Positions 28,946 through 43,126 of a stretch of DNA of 64,000 bases are shown one piece after another; the first letter of the stretch is position 1; every line of letters starts with the position of its first letter. Under the pieces are notes generated by a model. The model ran no database searches, was not told where the DNA came from, and saw only the letters and a list, made by a program, of their open reading frames with translations. A program made the translations under genes and the position numbers. This stretch comes from Eledone cirrhosa (Eukaryota), in the NCBI GenBank assembly GCA_964016885.1, contig OZ024742.1, positions 79,236,001-79,300,000 on the forward strand, read 5' to 3'.

Positions 28946-29430
28946 TATAAAGCTGACGGCCGTAAGTAGGTAACAAACTCTCCGCCAAACGGCTAAGATC
29001 TGAGAACCATCAATGGCCATGGATGTTCCACTTACCGTTTGGCTTGTCAGCTGCGTGGTATGTTACACGATGACAGCAATTGGCACCTCACCCTGCAAGA
29101 AGCAGCAACTGCTAAAGTCCCTTCTCAGCTGCGAGAACTTTTTACTATTATGCTGCACAACTGCGATCTCGCCGACCCCCTCCCACTGTGGAACAACCAC
29201 CGTGAAAGTCTAGCTAAGGACATCCTCGACCGCACACGCAGACACAATCCAAACGTAACATACGATGTCGTTTTCAATGAGGCGCTCATTTGTCTTGAAA
29301 ACAGTGTCTTGGAGATTGGTGGTAGGCCTCTATGTCACTACAGCTTACCTGCTCCTGACAGGAGTGTCCAGAGGTCAACTTCTACAGAGCTTCTCCGCGA
29401 GACGAGTTACGAAATCAGTGATTCTCTCAT
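28940..29430 (+). mobile_element. Helitron fragment (Rep-helicase linker region)
   Basis: [22 protein letters not shown]....PSQLRELF..ML..C....PL.LW is typical of Helitron Rep/Hel proteins. Confidence 0.8.
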
Positions 29431-29660
29431 GGTCAATTGTATGTAGGATGCTCTAGGGCAAAGGTTATCAACCCATTTTGGCTGCTATAATAAGAAAATC
29501 TAAGAAACGACAAGAAAACATTCACTAGATGGTAATATCGCCCTTCATTTAAATACATCAAATTTATTCTCTTTAATTCATCCCAACAAACATATAATAA
29601 TCTCTTTCAGAAGTTGGGAAAACGCAGAGATGTACGTTTTTTCATTATTAACACTCTCCA

Positions 29661-29850
29661 GGGCGGTGGGTTGGCAGTATTGTTAGAGCGTTGGACACCA
29701 TGCTTCGTAGCATAGAGTAATGGTTCTTTATGTTCTGATTTTAAATCTCCACGAGGTTAGCTTTGCCTTTCATCTTTACGAGGTTGATAAGATAATCGTC
29801 CCCACCCTTCCCAATATTGTTGGCCTTTCGCCTAAATCAGAAACCATTAT
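29661..29850 (+). mobile_element. tRNA-SINE family A, diverged
   Basis: Family match with many substitutions. Confidence 0.75.
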
Positions 29851-30967
29851 TAGTGCTCTTAGTGCAGTAGCTTTCAACTTCGTTAAAGTGGCAGACACAA
29901 TGTCATACAGTATCTAATTTCATTATTTTACGACATGAGTTCAAATCCAACCAAATTCGACTGTGACCTTCTACACGGTCGATAACATTATCTGTCAAAT
30001 ATAGCTTAGTAAAGTCAACATTAGCCTTTAATCATATTTTCTGTGTTGTGTTTCTTTTAGAAACTATTATTATTATTGTTATCTGCACTCTCCTTTCTCA
30101 GAAAACTAAATATTTAATTTCGCTTGTGCTATAGTTTCGACATTAACATGTAAGTTGCTCTTTAACTGTGGTTTAGTTTTCCAAATTACAGGGGAATTTG
30201 ATAGGTCAAATTTTAGAAGATCTTGTAAATGAGATGTGTCTTTCAACATTTCCAACTAACTAGCTAATGTATATTAGATTTAAAATCCTATCTGCTGAGG
30301 GTACCGAATCCTGCTTCAATATACTTACGGTAAAATGGTATTGAGTAATGCTTTTTTTATCATCACAAATTTGATCCAACATTACTGTAGTTAATATTCC
30401 AGCCATTAAATGCACAGATACTTACTTCAAATAAACCACTGTTTTAAATCACTCAGACCTATCTTTTGGCTCCTAACAACATCTCACATAATATCCAATG
30501 TTACAAAGGTTTCAATGAATTGCTGTAGATGAATGAAATGAAATAGTCAGGTTCATATAACATGGTGTATATTTAAAGAGAAAGTGAAGATAATCATGGT
30601 ATAACGTCATAGCAACGTTGACGGAAGCCTCCTTAAACCGTGGCATAAACATCATCGGAAATTGCATATCTCTGATTGATAAATTTTCATCTTAATTATT
30701 TTATTTGGCTGGTTTCATTAAATCCATCCGTAAACGGTATGAAATAGAGCGATACAACTGCAATCTACTCCATTATTCTTCATGCGGAAACAAAGAACCA
30801 ATGAATACTAAACTAACTACGAGGAAATAAATACAAGCTCCAAGATATATCTGGAATGAAATGGATTATCGCTGAATCAGAATTTTACGAAATTAGTTGG
30901 CAAATAATAAAATAATTACAAAAGTCAGTATCTTATGATACTAAAGTTTGATGGGATAATAATAATA

Positions 30968-31406
30968 ATGATTTCTACTATAGGCACAAGACCAGCAACA
31001 TTTTTTGGGGTGGGGTGGGTGGGAGAGGAAAGGTCGATTAAATCGACCCCAGTACGTTACTGGTGCATTATTTTATTGACTCCGTAAGGATGGAAGGCAA
31101 AATTAACCTCGGCGGGATTTGAACTCAAATCATAAATGGCCGTAACTCTATGCTGTAAAGCGTGGCGTCCAACCCTCTACCGATACTGCCAAACCACCGT
31201 CCTAATAATAATGATAATAATAATAATAATTGTTTCTACTTTTGGCACAAGGCCAGCAATTACCCAGTACATTACTGGCACTCTATTTTATCGACCCCGT
31301 AAGGATGAAAGGCAAAGTTAACCTCGACGGGATTTGAACTTAGACCGTAAAGGGACGTAACTATGCTAGAAAGCATGGCGTCCAACCCTCTACCGATACT
31401 GCCAAT
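30968..31406 (-). mobile_element. Tandem pair of family A SINEs (long form then short form)
   Basis: Copies at 30968-31200 and 31229-31406 separated by (TAA)n. Confidence 0.85.
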
Positions 31407-31562
31407 TAAACGATTATTCCATATTTGTATTCGTTTTGCAATACTTGTAGTTCTACCTAGGTGCCTACTTTTTTCGCAAAAAAAGTAATCGATACATATT
31501 TTGTTATTTTGTCTCGTGATACTAACTTTTCTGTTCGCCTTCATTATGTCTATGATGGCCAT

Positions 31563-31749
31563 GGGCGGTGGATTGGCAGTATCGGTAGAGGGTCGGACGC
31601 CATGCTTTGACGCATAGAGTTACGGCCCTTGTCATTCTGAGTTCAAATCCCGCCGAGGTTAACTTTGCCTTTCATCCTTACGGGGTCGATAAAATAAAGT
31701 ACCAGTAATACACTGGGTATTTGCTGGCCTTGTGCCGAAAGTAGAAACA
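31563..31749 (+). mobile_element. tRNA-SINE family A, full-length short form, with 19 bp TSD
   Basis: ATTATGTCTATGATGGCCA at 31543-31561 and 31750-31768. Confidence 0.92.
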
Positions 31750-32016
31750 ATTATGTCTATGATGGCCAGGTTCAAGTATTTTTAAAACTATTGTTATTTC
31801 AACATGGATTTTTAAATTGGGAAGAGCAGCGATTGATCCGTAGTGAGATCTTATGCATCTAAAAATCTGTTATAAAATAAACACTGTAAGACTACAAAAT
31901 ATGTAATGGAGAGTTGATACAAATAGCCAAGATGCATAAATAAAAGAAAAATTGTTTTCTTTACTTCAAGTAAGCCAACAACACATTTAAAACAGAAGAT
32001 GAACTGACAAATAATG

Positions 32017-32232
32017 GTTTCTTATATAGGCACAAGGCCAGCAATTTTGGGGGGAGGGGAAAGTCGATTAAATCGACCCCAGGACGCTACTGGTGCTTTA
32101 TTTTATCGACCCCGCAAGGATGAAAGGCAAAGATAACCTGGGCGGGATTTGAACCTAGACCCTAAAGGACCGTAACTCTATGCTGCAAATGATGGTGTCC
32201 GACTCTCTGCCGATACTGCCAATCCACTGCCC
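32017..32232 (-). mobile_element. tRNA-SINE family A, full-length long form, with 17 bp TSD
   Basis: TGAACTGACAAATAATG at 32000-32016 and 32233-32249. Confidence 0.92.
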
Positions 32233-32339
32233 TGAACTGACAAATAATGACGAGGAAAATGAAAACGAAAAAAACAAACAAAAAAAAACGCAACAGAAAT
32301 TGCCAAAAAGTAAAATATAAATTGAAATTAGATCTCCAG

Positions 32340-33270
32340 AATGCCATGCTAAAACGATGGCAAGAAAATCCACTACATGGCCAACACTCCAAAAAAGCTA
32401 AATAGAGAGCAAGCGGAGAAGCAAAACTCACAAAACTGGTTGAGACGTGCTGGACTAAAAACCGAGACTGTAAGATTTCTTATTGCCATATAAGATCAAC
32501 GTAACCCCATGAGAAACCACAAATGTACATAATAAAGCACAACAGTAAATAACTGTTGAATATCTAGCGGTGTAGAAGAAGCAATTAATCCCATTGTCTC
32601 TGGCAACCCTCTCTTAGCCAAAATAGAATACATCCGCTAACATGATAGAGTTGGGATTAACATACACTGGAAGTTATGCCAACATTACGAAATACTGAAA
32701 GAAAAAGATGGTACAGACATACTCTAAAAAAAAGGTGTCAGCAACGCGCATAGACTGGGAGATCAAAACTAACCAAGAAGATATAGCAAAACACAACAAA
32801 ACATATCTTCTAATAGACAAACAAATCCCAATAGACGACAATATGTCAATCATGGAAATGAAGAAATTATCCAAATTTAAAGATATCTGGATAGAGATAA
32901 TCCAAATATTGATAAAGAAAACAGAAACATTCCCTATAGAAATAAATGTTCTTAGAATGAAAAAAAATATTGACAGATACATAATCGAAATCTACTTATA
33001 TACAGCATACAGAAAATAGCACCAGTAGGTAGGGGTGAATCAGTTACTAGAAAGCAAATGATTTGGCCCCAAATCATGGCTTTTAAAGACACTGAAAATG
33101 TTCAGAATTGCAAATGATATTACTGAACTGATAAATGTAAAGATGACTGGGTGGAGAACAAAATTAACAGGAAGACATTCATTTTGAGGAATGAAAATAA
33201 ATCGGAATATTTTCCAAGGGGATACCTTATCACCCCGATTGTTTGTCATTGCCTTCATCACACTTTGTTA
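32340..33270 (+). pseudogene. Highly degenerate R4/Dong-like LINE fragments
   Basis: Fragments such as LKTET..FL, HDRVG..IHWKLC, DWEIKTN and RT motif IFQGDTLSPRLFVIA (33205-33255). Confidence 0.6.
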
Positions 33271-34224
33271 GAATTGAGAAAAATATAAGCCAGAAATGAT
33301 TTAGAAGTTAATGACCGAAAGGCTTGTTTCAGGAGAGTTTCTTCTCTGAAGACGTGCTGTCCAGCTCTCCTGATTTTCTCGCCACTATTTCTTTGACGAT
33401 ACGCTGAGTCTATGGAAACGGTTTTCCACGTATTCGTTCAGAATTGATTTAACTATCAACAAGTCCTTTGTGATTTTCACACCAGTGATTTTATTAACAG
33501 GGAAAGGCAAGTAATTTTAACCTGCTTGAGGATTATGACGAAGATATAGGTAGTGGTATTTTGGACAGATCTATTCCTCTCCGGAAAATTTCAATCACCT
33601 TTTTCATCACCTTTTTCACTTGGAAATAAAGTAAGGGCAGAGAGGAAAGTGTTGGTCACTGTTATTGATTTCAATTTAAATAGGCGTTTGTGTTATGCCT
33701 TCTGCTCCTCTGGTTGATTAGTTTTGTGTTTGTTTAGATTAACACTTATTTCTAACAATAAGGCTGTGTATTGTAGGCACAACTGTAAAATATCTGTAGG
33801 TTGGAGGCTTTGATTTCCCTTTACTTAGCTATTAACAAACTTGTTTTCTTGGCAAATCATTTGGCTTTTGTTTCTAGTTCTTTCGATATATTGTTGAAAT
33901 ATTTACAAGAATTTTGTTTTATCTGTTAGGTATTTAGCTACAAGTTAGGAATTTTGTAATTTCCTGGTATTTTGTAGCAGTTTACATTTTGTAGTATCAG
34001 GGTTACAAGTTGAGAGGTTATTCTACCTGGGTTACTCTGCTCTGCTGTTGCACGTGCTGATTTTAATCTCATCTCTTGGCAACAACAGCAGCAGCAGTAC
34101 ACCGACGGCGACGATGACAACGAAACTCCACCACCACGACCATCACCACATTGGAAGAAATGTTTTTACGAATAGTGGGAGAGAAAATTAGTGTGTGTGT
34201 GTAAGAGAGAGAGAGAATGTGTGT

Positions 34225-34310
<86 letters not shown>

Positions 34311-34437
34311 AAGTGATAGACAGAGTGAAAGAAAGAAAAAGAGAGAGAGAAAGAGAGAGATACAAAGAAAGAGAAAGTAATAAGATTTGTATGGTTATGA
34401 CCATTATATTATTGTATATATATATATATATATATAT

Positions 34438-35165
34438 ACTAGCTAAACTACCCGTCCTTTGGACGGTTCAAGTAGCTTTCGGTGTAGCTCATTAAACTAA
34501 ACAAAGTAAATTTGAATACATAGAAGAAACACGATATAACAGTAAAAATAAAGATTAATTGTAAAATGTATTTGAAGTACTTGTAGCGGTATAACGTTGG
34601 AAATGTACAGGGTATGTAAGTTAATAATTAAATTATGTGTCAGAAACGTAGTCTAATCAATGCGAAAAAATAGAATAATTCTAAACCATCCTTTAGATAA
34701 ATTTAAGCATAATATTGTAAAAGTTATGAGATAAGTTAATATGAACATCAAGCTTGAAACAATAAATTATACAATGTCAAATCTATAACTTAACTTAGTA
34801 ATCTGTTAGAAATTGCTGGTTGTGAAATATACGCAATGATATTGTTATTTCTCTTTGTTTCAAGTAGAAAGAGTAAATTAAAATCCGAATGAGCCGAATT
34901 AAGAAAGATAACTCTTGATTACGAAAGATAACTCTTGTCTTACTTAATCACGACAATTCACACAAATAACCGAAACTTTTTTAATGTCTGCAAAGGCCCC
35001 AATATCGAATTTTGGAAGCCTTTGTAGATCATGTACAGGTTTTGTGCAAGGAGAAGCTCTGTAAAAAATTTCAAAGAAATCGCATGAATGGTTTAGAATA
35101 TATGAGCCTTCATTAAAAAATGTCGACACACATATACACATACATACAGAAATTTTCAAATTTAT
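34438..35165 (-). mobile_element. Possible non-autonomous Helitron
   Basis: Minus-strand end CTAG|T about 10 nt after hairpin CCGTCC/GGACGG; inserted in (TA)n. Confidence 0.55.
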
Positions 35166-35228
35166 ATATATACATATATATATATATATAAATATACACG
35201 GGTGTGTATGACTGTGTATAGAAGATTA

Positions 35229-35368
35229 TATTAATAAAAGGAATTCCAGCTTTGTCTGATTTACTCGTTTTATTTACAATCCTTTAAAATTATAATGATA
35301 TTATAATTTTAAAGGATTGTAAATAAAACGAGTAAATCAGACAAAGTTGGAATTCCTTTTATTAATAT
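35229..35368. repeat. Near-perfect ~140 bp palindrome of the 11251-11527 family, lacking the hammerhead
   Basis: TATTAATAAAAGGAATTCC..TTTAAAATTATAAT GAT ATTATAATTTTAAA..GGAATTCCTTTTATTAATA. Confidence 0.85.
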
Positions 35369-35385
35369 ATATATATATATATATT

Positions 35386-35473
<88 letters not shown>

Positions 35474-36879
35474 ACGTATAAATAAAACATTTAAAATACT
35501 CTAATTATCTTTAATACCTGGTAATCGTTTCTAATTAAATCATGGAAATTTCACTGTGTCAGCTATTAGCAACTAAAGTTTGAATAAGAAGTGACAAATA
35601 AAGCAGTAAAAAGTGTCAACAAAAGTACTACCTGAAACAACGCCCAGTCATTCTTCCTAATTTATAGTAACTACGTGTAAAACTATGCTTCAACGAGGAG
35701 TTCCAATTACTCACTTTCATCTCAACTGCATGTAACTATGCTGGTGTTTACGATTTTGGTTTTGGGGGTTGTCTCTCTTACTTTTCTAGACCAAACGTAT
35801 CATTAAAACTATTGATTATATAATTTATTATGAGCGTAACTGTAATTCATTAAACTATTGTTTTTACTCCTAATATTAAGTATTAATGGTTAGTTGTTAA
35901 ATTGTTTGAAACGAAGGACAAACTACATAGCAGCATTCGTTCCAGTTTACTACAACTTTGCCTTTTATAATCTCGGGGGGGGGGGGGGGGGGGTGTGTCA
36001 TGAGGGCAGAATCTTCAAACAGTCCTTCCTGTGGGTTCTATCAAAAGCAACCGTCTCTAAAGATACTGTTATGCCTCAGGAGGTAAGGAAGATTTACCTT
36101 TAACCAGAGAACTGTACTTATTTGCCAGTATTTTAGCCAAGTCCCAGTCTTTCTCTTTTTCTGTCATACGTCTAGATCGCCCTCTTAGTTTCTCTACGAT
36201 TATACCTTAAAAATAATAAATATTGACTCTACCGTAGGAATAAGATCTCACCTTTTATTGCGTTAGATCAACTTTGCCTTTTATAATCTCGGGTGTCGTG
36301 GGGGGGGGGGGTCTCCTTCTTCTTCTTCTTGAGAGGATCGTGAAGGCAGAGTTCTCAAACACCCCTTCCAGCAGATCCTGTCAGAAGAACGGGCTCGATT
36401 AAATACATTAATAGTCCCAGGGTGGTGGCTTGGCAGAATTCTTAGAGTGTGTGTTCTGGCTTTTTGCATCATGAGATTTTACATTTTGTCATTCGGTTTA
36501 AAACTACCACCTTGTCCCTCGTTGCATTTACCCGAGATATTTTCATGTAGGTATTCGGGACAGGTCTCTGGTTTGAGAATATCTTCCTTCAATATTTTTC
36601 TCATAAATCTCTGAGGTACTGAAAAGTTTAAGGTTCATCGACACTGGCCTTCCCTTCCCTGTCTATGATAATAACTTCCCCCAAATCTAATTAAAATATT
36701 ATAAGAAAATATCTCTAGCTAGAATGAGCACATGCAGATTGACTGAGACAGTGAAACAAGATACGCTATAGAGGTACATACAACTTATTAATCAACAGAA
36801 AGGCGATATTTTATCTAATGTTTATATCTGGCTAATTATATTTGATGTAAGAAAATTCGTGTAATTCACAATGAATAAT

Positions 36880-37431
36880 AATGGCTTCTGATTTAGGCAC
36901 AAGGCCGTTAATTTTGAGGGAGGAGAAAGTCGATTAAATCGACCCTTGTACGTGACAGGTACTTTATTTTATCGACCTCGTAAGGAAAAAGGCAAAGCTA
37001 ACCTCGGAGGGATTTGAAATCAGAATGTAAAGGGTCGTGACTCTATGCTATGAAGTAGGATATCCGACGCTTTACTGATACTGCCAATCCACCAACCTTA
37101 TAACAATTGTATCTACTTTTGAAATCAGACCGCAAAGGGCTGTAACTCTATGCTGCAAAGCATAGCGTCCGACCCTCTACCGATACTGCCAATCCCTTAT
37201 AATAAAATAATAATAATAATGGTTTCTGGCACAAGGTCAGCAAATTTGGGGGGAGGAGAAAGTCAATTAAATCGACCTCAGTGCATTACTGTTACTTTAT
37301 TTTATCGACCCCGTAAGGATGAAAGGCAAACTTAATCTCGGCGGGATTTGAACTCAGATCATAAAGGGCCGTAACTCTATTCTGCAAAGCATAGCGCCCG
37401 ACGCTCTACCGATACTGCCAATTCACCGCCC
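36880..37431 (-). mobile_element. Cluster of three family A SINE copies or fragments
   Basis: Matches at 36880-37095, 37120-37175 and 37218-37431. Confidence 0.8.
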
Positions 37432-37471
37432 TTATAATAATAACAATGATAACAATAATAATAATAACGAT

Positions 37472-38960
37472 AATTTCTTTATTGACCACGAGGGCCGACA
37501 TATATGGGACAATCAAAAGACAGGGACAGCTCCACAATTCCTTGCCTGAACAGTTTATCTCGAACCGGCAGTGCTTCTCGGTAGCATTGCCAAGCAAAGG
37601 ATTTCTGGAAGTTATCCATAGTCCCCGGCTCGAATGTCCCCCGGAACAAACTGTTCAGTTTGATTTCGTCGCCGCCCAGAGCCTCCCTGAGAACGTCACC
37701 CACTTGTCCACAAATAATCCTCTATAGCAGGCATGTCAAACATGCTGCCCGCAGGCCGCATGCGACCCTTTACAAGAACACCTGCGGCCCGCACAAAGGT
37801 TTTTACAGCGCGAGCTTGTTTTATCTTCGTAATATAAAATAAACAAAATTAGTTGTAATGTGCGCAATTAGTTGTCGTGTGTGGCCCTCAGATAACAGAT
37901 ATGTGACCCATGTGGCCCTCGGAGGATCCTCAGTTTGACTTGCCTGCTCTATAGAATTATAGAGTAGTATTTCTACCGACCACATTGCCCACCTGATACA
38001 GGGCACTGAGCGCTTGGCAGCATTCCAGATGCCAGGCGCTCAGCCTCGGTCTCTTCTCGACCAAGAAATGCAGTGTAGTCAAAATGACGATCTGCAGAAA
38101 GACCTGTCTCACAAAAGGTTACAACACGTGTTCACCGTTTAAGAATATCTGAAGATGCCGTAACCTCAGCGTATCATCAGCCATGGCATGCCCAACCCTC
38201 AACACAGAGGGTGCTAGCAGCAGATAGACTGCCTCATAAATGGAACCTGTCTCTTCCACAAGAATCTGAAGAACAGACGTTCCAATTTGGTGATGTGCTA
38301 ATGAGGGCAAGCAGAACGGTCAGTCAGTAATTGATGACGGACGCAATGTACGCATTCGCCACTTCCACCCGAACTTTCAGGGAAAGCTTTCTCTCGGCCC
38401 ATTTCTGGATGAGAGTGGTCATCTTGCTCGTTACTTCATTCCAGTTCTTATCCATCTAGAGGTTTAGTCCAAAACAGACGATTATAAACTTTACTGTTCC
38501 GTCTGTCCATCATCCGACGAAGCTGTGGAACGACAAGGATTTGCCTCTCTAGGTACCGAGCTGCAAAGTTACTACCATTTCCGGGTCAACTCGATGCTCG
38601 ACACCCCGCTCTTATCAGCTACTTCCATACAATCACAGCGTGCGTCTCAGGTGCGGTTCTAGTAAAGGGCGAGACGTTCCTAAAAAGTCTTCCTGGAGCT
38701 TAAAGAAATCCGGTCTTCCAGCCTGGATCGGGGTATAGTCGGCCACCAGTCTAAAGACATCTCTTTCACTATTTTTCACGTCCAGGACCACCAACTTACT
38801 GTTCGGGCCCAGGAAGATCATCCGCACCTTGTGATCCAGACTTTTCCTAAACAGCTCTATCACCCCACCTCCTATTCCCGGTCGACAAAGAGATGCGAAG
38901 ATCTTATCGTCGTCAAAAATGTGGGCTAGTGCGTGTGTCGAAAATCCTGGTCTCACCGAC
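37472..38960 (-). pseudogene. Degenerate, internally deleted L1/Tx1 LINE (APE endonuclease piece plus post-RT region)
   Basis: MDNFQKSFAWQCYREALPVRDKL and LRLRHLQIFL homologous to 11841-13076; LVVLDV....VFRLVA.Y.P endonuclease-like segment at 38633-38956. Confidence 0.8.
37728..37946. mobile_element. hAT-superfamily MITE with 8 bp TSD, nested in the LINE
   Basis: TIRs CAGGCATGTCAAAC / GTTTGACTTGCCTG; TSD CTCTATAG at 37720-37727 and 37947-37954. Confidence 0.9.
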
Positions 38961-39229
38961 AGCAGTTAGAGCCATCAGTTCTTGGTTGGCCCTTCTTATT
39001 AGCACAAAGATTTTGTGTCTGTATGATTAGTTGTGAATGTGCGAGTTTTTGTTTGGGTGGTTGAGCTGCTGGGGATAGTGGTGCTGGTGTTGTTGGAGAT
39101 GTGTCTAGGTTTGTTTTGTGTCTGATTTCTATGTTTTCTAGATTTTGTATTAGAGAGTTTGAGGAGATTCTGCAGGATGCTTTTTTGTTGGGGAGGGGGG
39201 CGTTTATGTTTCCTCTTTTGTCTATGAAC

Positions 39230-40500
39230 ATATCGATTCCCTTGTACAGACAGTTCGTACATTCAGTACAGACATAGGAATGGAATTTGACATAAAAATG
39301 TGTGGGGTGCTACTAATGAAGTGAGGTAGAAGTAATAAGATGTTAGGAATTGAATTGCCAGATGGACAGGTTACGTAGGAAATTGATGACAACGGATATA
39401 AGTACTTAGGCATCCTGGAAACATACGAAATGAAAGAGAAGGAAATTAAAGATGTATTATCAAAGGAATATACGTGGAGTCTGAAGATGCCGTTAAAGAC
39501 GAAGTTAAGTGGAAGGAATAAGATACTGGCTATCAACACATGGGGTGTTGCAGTGGTAAGTTGGTGTGATAGAGTGGAGATGTGATGAACTTAAGGAGCT
39601 TGATAGAAAGACCAGGAAAATGATGACACTACAAAGGGTTCTACACCCCAAAAGTGACGTGGACAGGTATCTATCCCGACAGAGAGGAGGAACATGTCTC
39701 ATTAGTTGTGAAATGTGTGTGAAATCAGAGAAAAATAATCTGGCATGGTATATAAAGAATTCAAGGGAGAGATTGATAGCAGGAGTAAGAAAGATAAAAG
39801 TCCTAAACAGTTGTGAATCAAAGGAAAAGGGAGAATTTAAACAAGACAGGCAGAATAACATATTGAATTGTAAAAAAGAATGTATGGTCAATTCGTACAG
39901 GAAATGACAGTTGATCAAGATAGGAATTGGGAATGGTCAAGGAAAAGTGACTTAATAGTTGAAACTGAGGCCCTTATTTTTGCAGCCCAGGAACAGGCAC
40001 TAAGAACGATCTATATCAAATTCAATATGTACAAGTCAGTGAATAGGCTGTGTGGTGAGAAAGGTGAGACAATAAACGACATTATTAGTGAATGTAAGAT
40101 GCTTTCTCAGAAAGAGTACAAGAGAAGGCACGACAACATTGCCAGATTGGTTCACTGGAAGCTCTGTCATAAGTATGAAATGAACAGAATTGAGAAATGG
40201 TATGAACACCAATCGGAAAGGGTGCCTGATAATGAACAGTATAAGATCCTATCTAGTGCGACCATTTTATCGTGGCTAGAAAGCCTGACATTATTGAAGT
40301 AGAAAATACAAATAACAAGGCATGTATTGTGGATATTGCTTCACCGTGGGACCACAGGTTGAATGAAAAGAAAAATGAAAAAGTTGAGAAATATCAGGAG
40401 CTGAAGAAAGAAACCAGGAAACTGGAGAATAAGACGCATAGAAGTGGTACCGATTGTAGTTAGCGCACTGGGAACAGTTAGATGTTGGATGCATGGCTTA
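39230..40500 (+). pseudogene. R4/Dong-like LINE, degenerate (RT end, CCHC, RLE)
   Basis: SLVQTVRTFSTDIGMEF, YKYLGILE, LDRKTRK..LHPKSDVDR, AAQEQAL, LCGEKGETINDIISEC, RHD, RKPDII..IVDIASP; many frameshifts. Confidence 0.88.
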
Positions 40501-40509
40501 ACACAGAAG

Positions 40510-41225
40510 TATTTGTAAAGAATATGGTAATACGCACCAATACTTTAGCTATCTTGGTAACAAGCTACAATGTTATTTTTAACTGGCCACTAAAAGTAGT
40601 AGCAGGACTCGAGAGAAAATCTAGAGAAATAATTATTGCATCTAGAATACACCACCTTAAATCAGAGGAAAGTAACGTTATGCAACTAGAAAACAGTAGG
40701 ACTAGAAATGTACTCAATGAATTTTAATCGAGAGTGAATATAAATAGCTATGAAGCATGATCAGAGAAAAACGAGTTTTCTGTCTTTAAGGAAGCCCATA
40801 AGTATAAAACGGAAGCTGATATAATAGATATCTATGACGCAAAGGAATTTAAAGAAGAATCAATAACAGAAATGATGAAAATTCTAAAACTAAAATAGAA
40901 GACTGATTTCCAGAAAATCATGCTAAATCAAGAGTAAGAAACCCCTCTACATCCCCAACATCCGAAACAGATGAATAAGGAAGAAATTTCACGAAACTGG
41001 CTAACAAGTGCTGGATGTAAAGCCGTGACTGAAGGATTCTTAATTACAGTACACTATCAAATCTTCCCCCATCAGAAACCACCAAAAGTATATAATAAAG
41101 CAAAACAGGCAAACAACTGGAGGACATGTAAAATTGGGAAAGCCACAATTCACCACATCACCTCAGGTAGTCCAGCGAAAAACAACACATCTCTAGACAT
41201 GACAGAGGTGACATTTACATACATT
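40510..41225 (+). pseudogene. Second, older R4/Dong-like LINE fragment
   Basis: LERKSR..IHHLKS, NWLTSAG.K..TEGFL, TIHHITSG. Confidence 0.6.
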
Positions 41226-41441
41226 AGAAGCAGGAGGCGGTATAGGTAGTGCTAATTCTGGTTGTTTGCTAAGTTCAAAGCACAGATTTTGTTGCAGTTG
41301 CTGCTAATCAAATATTTTATAGTTAGGAGTGGATATTCAGATTTTTAGTTATCAGTGAGAAACTGATTTTGGCTGTTTCTTTCACTGAGCGAACAATTTA
41401 GTTTGGTAGATGTAAGCAGACAAAACTCCAACTCTGTTAGA

Positions 41442-41502
<61 letters not shown>

Positions 41503-41506
<4 letters not shown>

Positions 41507-41595
41507 ATGTCCCCCCAAAAATGTATACGTGATTCTAATAAATATTGCCTGTACAGATAATGAAATCTGTATAGATTTTTTGGGAGGACACCCTG
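41503..41595. mobile_element. Tiny Tc1/mariner-type MITE
   Basis: AGGATGTCCCCCCAAAAATGTATAC / GTATAGATTTTTTGGGAGGACACCCTG in TA context. Confidence 0.7.
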
Positions 41596-42128
41596 TATAT
41601 ATGTATATATGTGTGTGTATGTGTGTGCATCTGTGTATGTGTGCGTGCGCGCGTGTGTGTGAGGAAAGAAATAGAAGAGTAAGAAGATTAGAACAACAAC
41701 ATCAACAAAACAAGAAGTGTGTACTTTTTATCTGCGACTCAAGAGCCGACGTCTGAGCTTGCAGATGGTTTAATAGAGATGGAGTTTTGTTTGTAATGCA
41801 AAGTTTCAAAATATATAATTGTGGTAAAGAAAGGAAGGAAGAAAGTTATTGATAACAAAGATCTGGTTCAGATCTATATTTTCTGTGTCTTCCATTCATT
41901 TAGACAGTCAATGCAACAGACATTACACCAGCTCACATCTGACATAATAACTTTCTACTGCTGACTAAATTTGGGTGAGGCGGAAGAGGTGGAATTGGAT
42001 GGTGGAGATGTGGAAGATATCTTTACAAAAGATGTAAAGTGAATATTCAACGGCAGGATGGGCGGGAAGGAAGATGATGAGAGATGGAAAAGATACAGAA
42101 TATAGATAGATAAACATTATATATATAC

Positions 42129-42246
<118 letters not shown>

Positions 42247-42868
42247 CACACACTTCCGGTATTCAATGGCGTTTCTCGAAACGTAACAACCTCCTGTATC
42301 GAACTAAAGAACACCAGACTACGATCTCTAACTGGATTGTCGTGGATTATGTGAAAGGCATATAATCGAAATATACACTCCCTTGACCATGAAAATGCCG
42401 AAGTACATGAATTACTTGACATCCCTGCGCTGTGCACCTCCAATACTTATAACACTTTTAATGCTTGCACTATCTTTAATGCTTATAATATTTCTCCACA
42501 CACAGACTATATCAATCATATAAAGACTTTGCCACCAGATCTACCAACCTAACACTCTTATTTACCTACCTAAGTGCCTCTACCACACATATCTCTCTGC
42601 CACACTATATAAACAAGACGCACATGCGTGCCACACATATAACATTTGCACTATATAACCACTTATCTTCATGTTGTACTTTAACCTATATCTTTGATTT
42701 TTGATTGTACCTATTAATATAAATGTAATCTCGAAGTGTGTACTGCCACTCTAAATTCTGTAATGAATGTTGACCCACAATGTTTGAATATGTATCAATG
42801 TTTGAATATGTATTGGTATGTCTCTCGGCTGAAAAGGAGGTCATATAACTGTCCATGCATTAATAAAT

Positions 42869-42915
42869 TGCTCCGAAGAATCCAAACCTCGGTTTGGAGG
42901 AAACAGCTGTAAGCA
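42869..42915 (+). ncRNA. Type I hammerhead ribozyme with CCGAAGA core
   Basis: TGCT CCGAAGA A TCCAAACC TC GGTTTGGA G GAAA CAGCTG TA AGCA. Confidence 0.75.
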
Positions 42916-43044
42916 CAATAATGTTTTGAACAGTTCTTTGATTCTTATATTTCATATATTTCATATATATATACATATATAATCTTCTATACACAATATT
43001 AATATAATCTTCTATACACAATCATACACACCCGTGTATATTTA

Positions 43045-43123
<79 letters not shown>

Positions 43124-43126
43124 AAT

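Noticed and set aside
31563-31660. tRNA gene
   Set aside because: A and B boxes belong to a SINE head; no cloverleaf, and it continues into the SINE body with TSDs
35953-36400. Direct repeat CAACTTTGCCTTTTATAATCTCGGG as a possible LTR pair
   Set aside because: Short, and each copy is followed by a decayed RTE 3'-end fragment like 49300-49370; better explained as a local duplication of repeat debris
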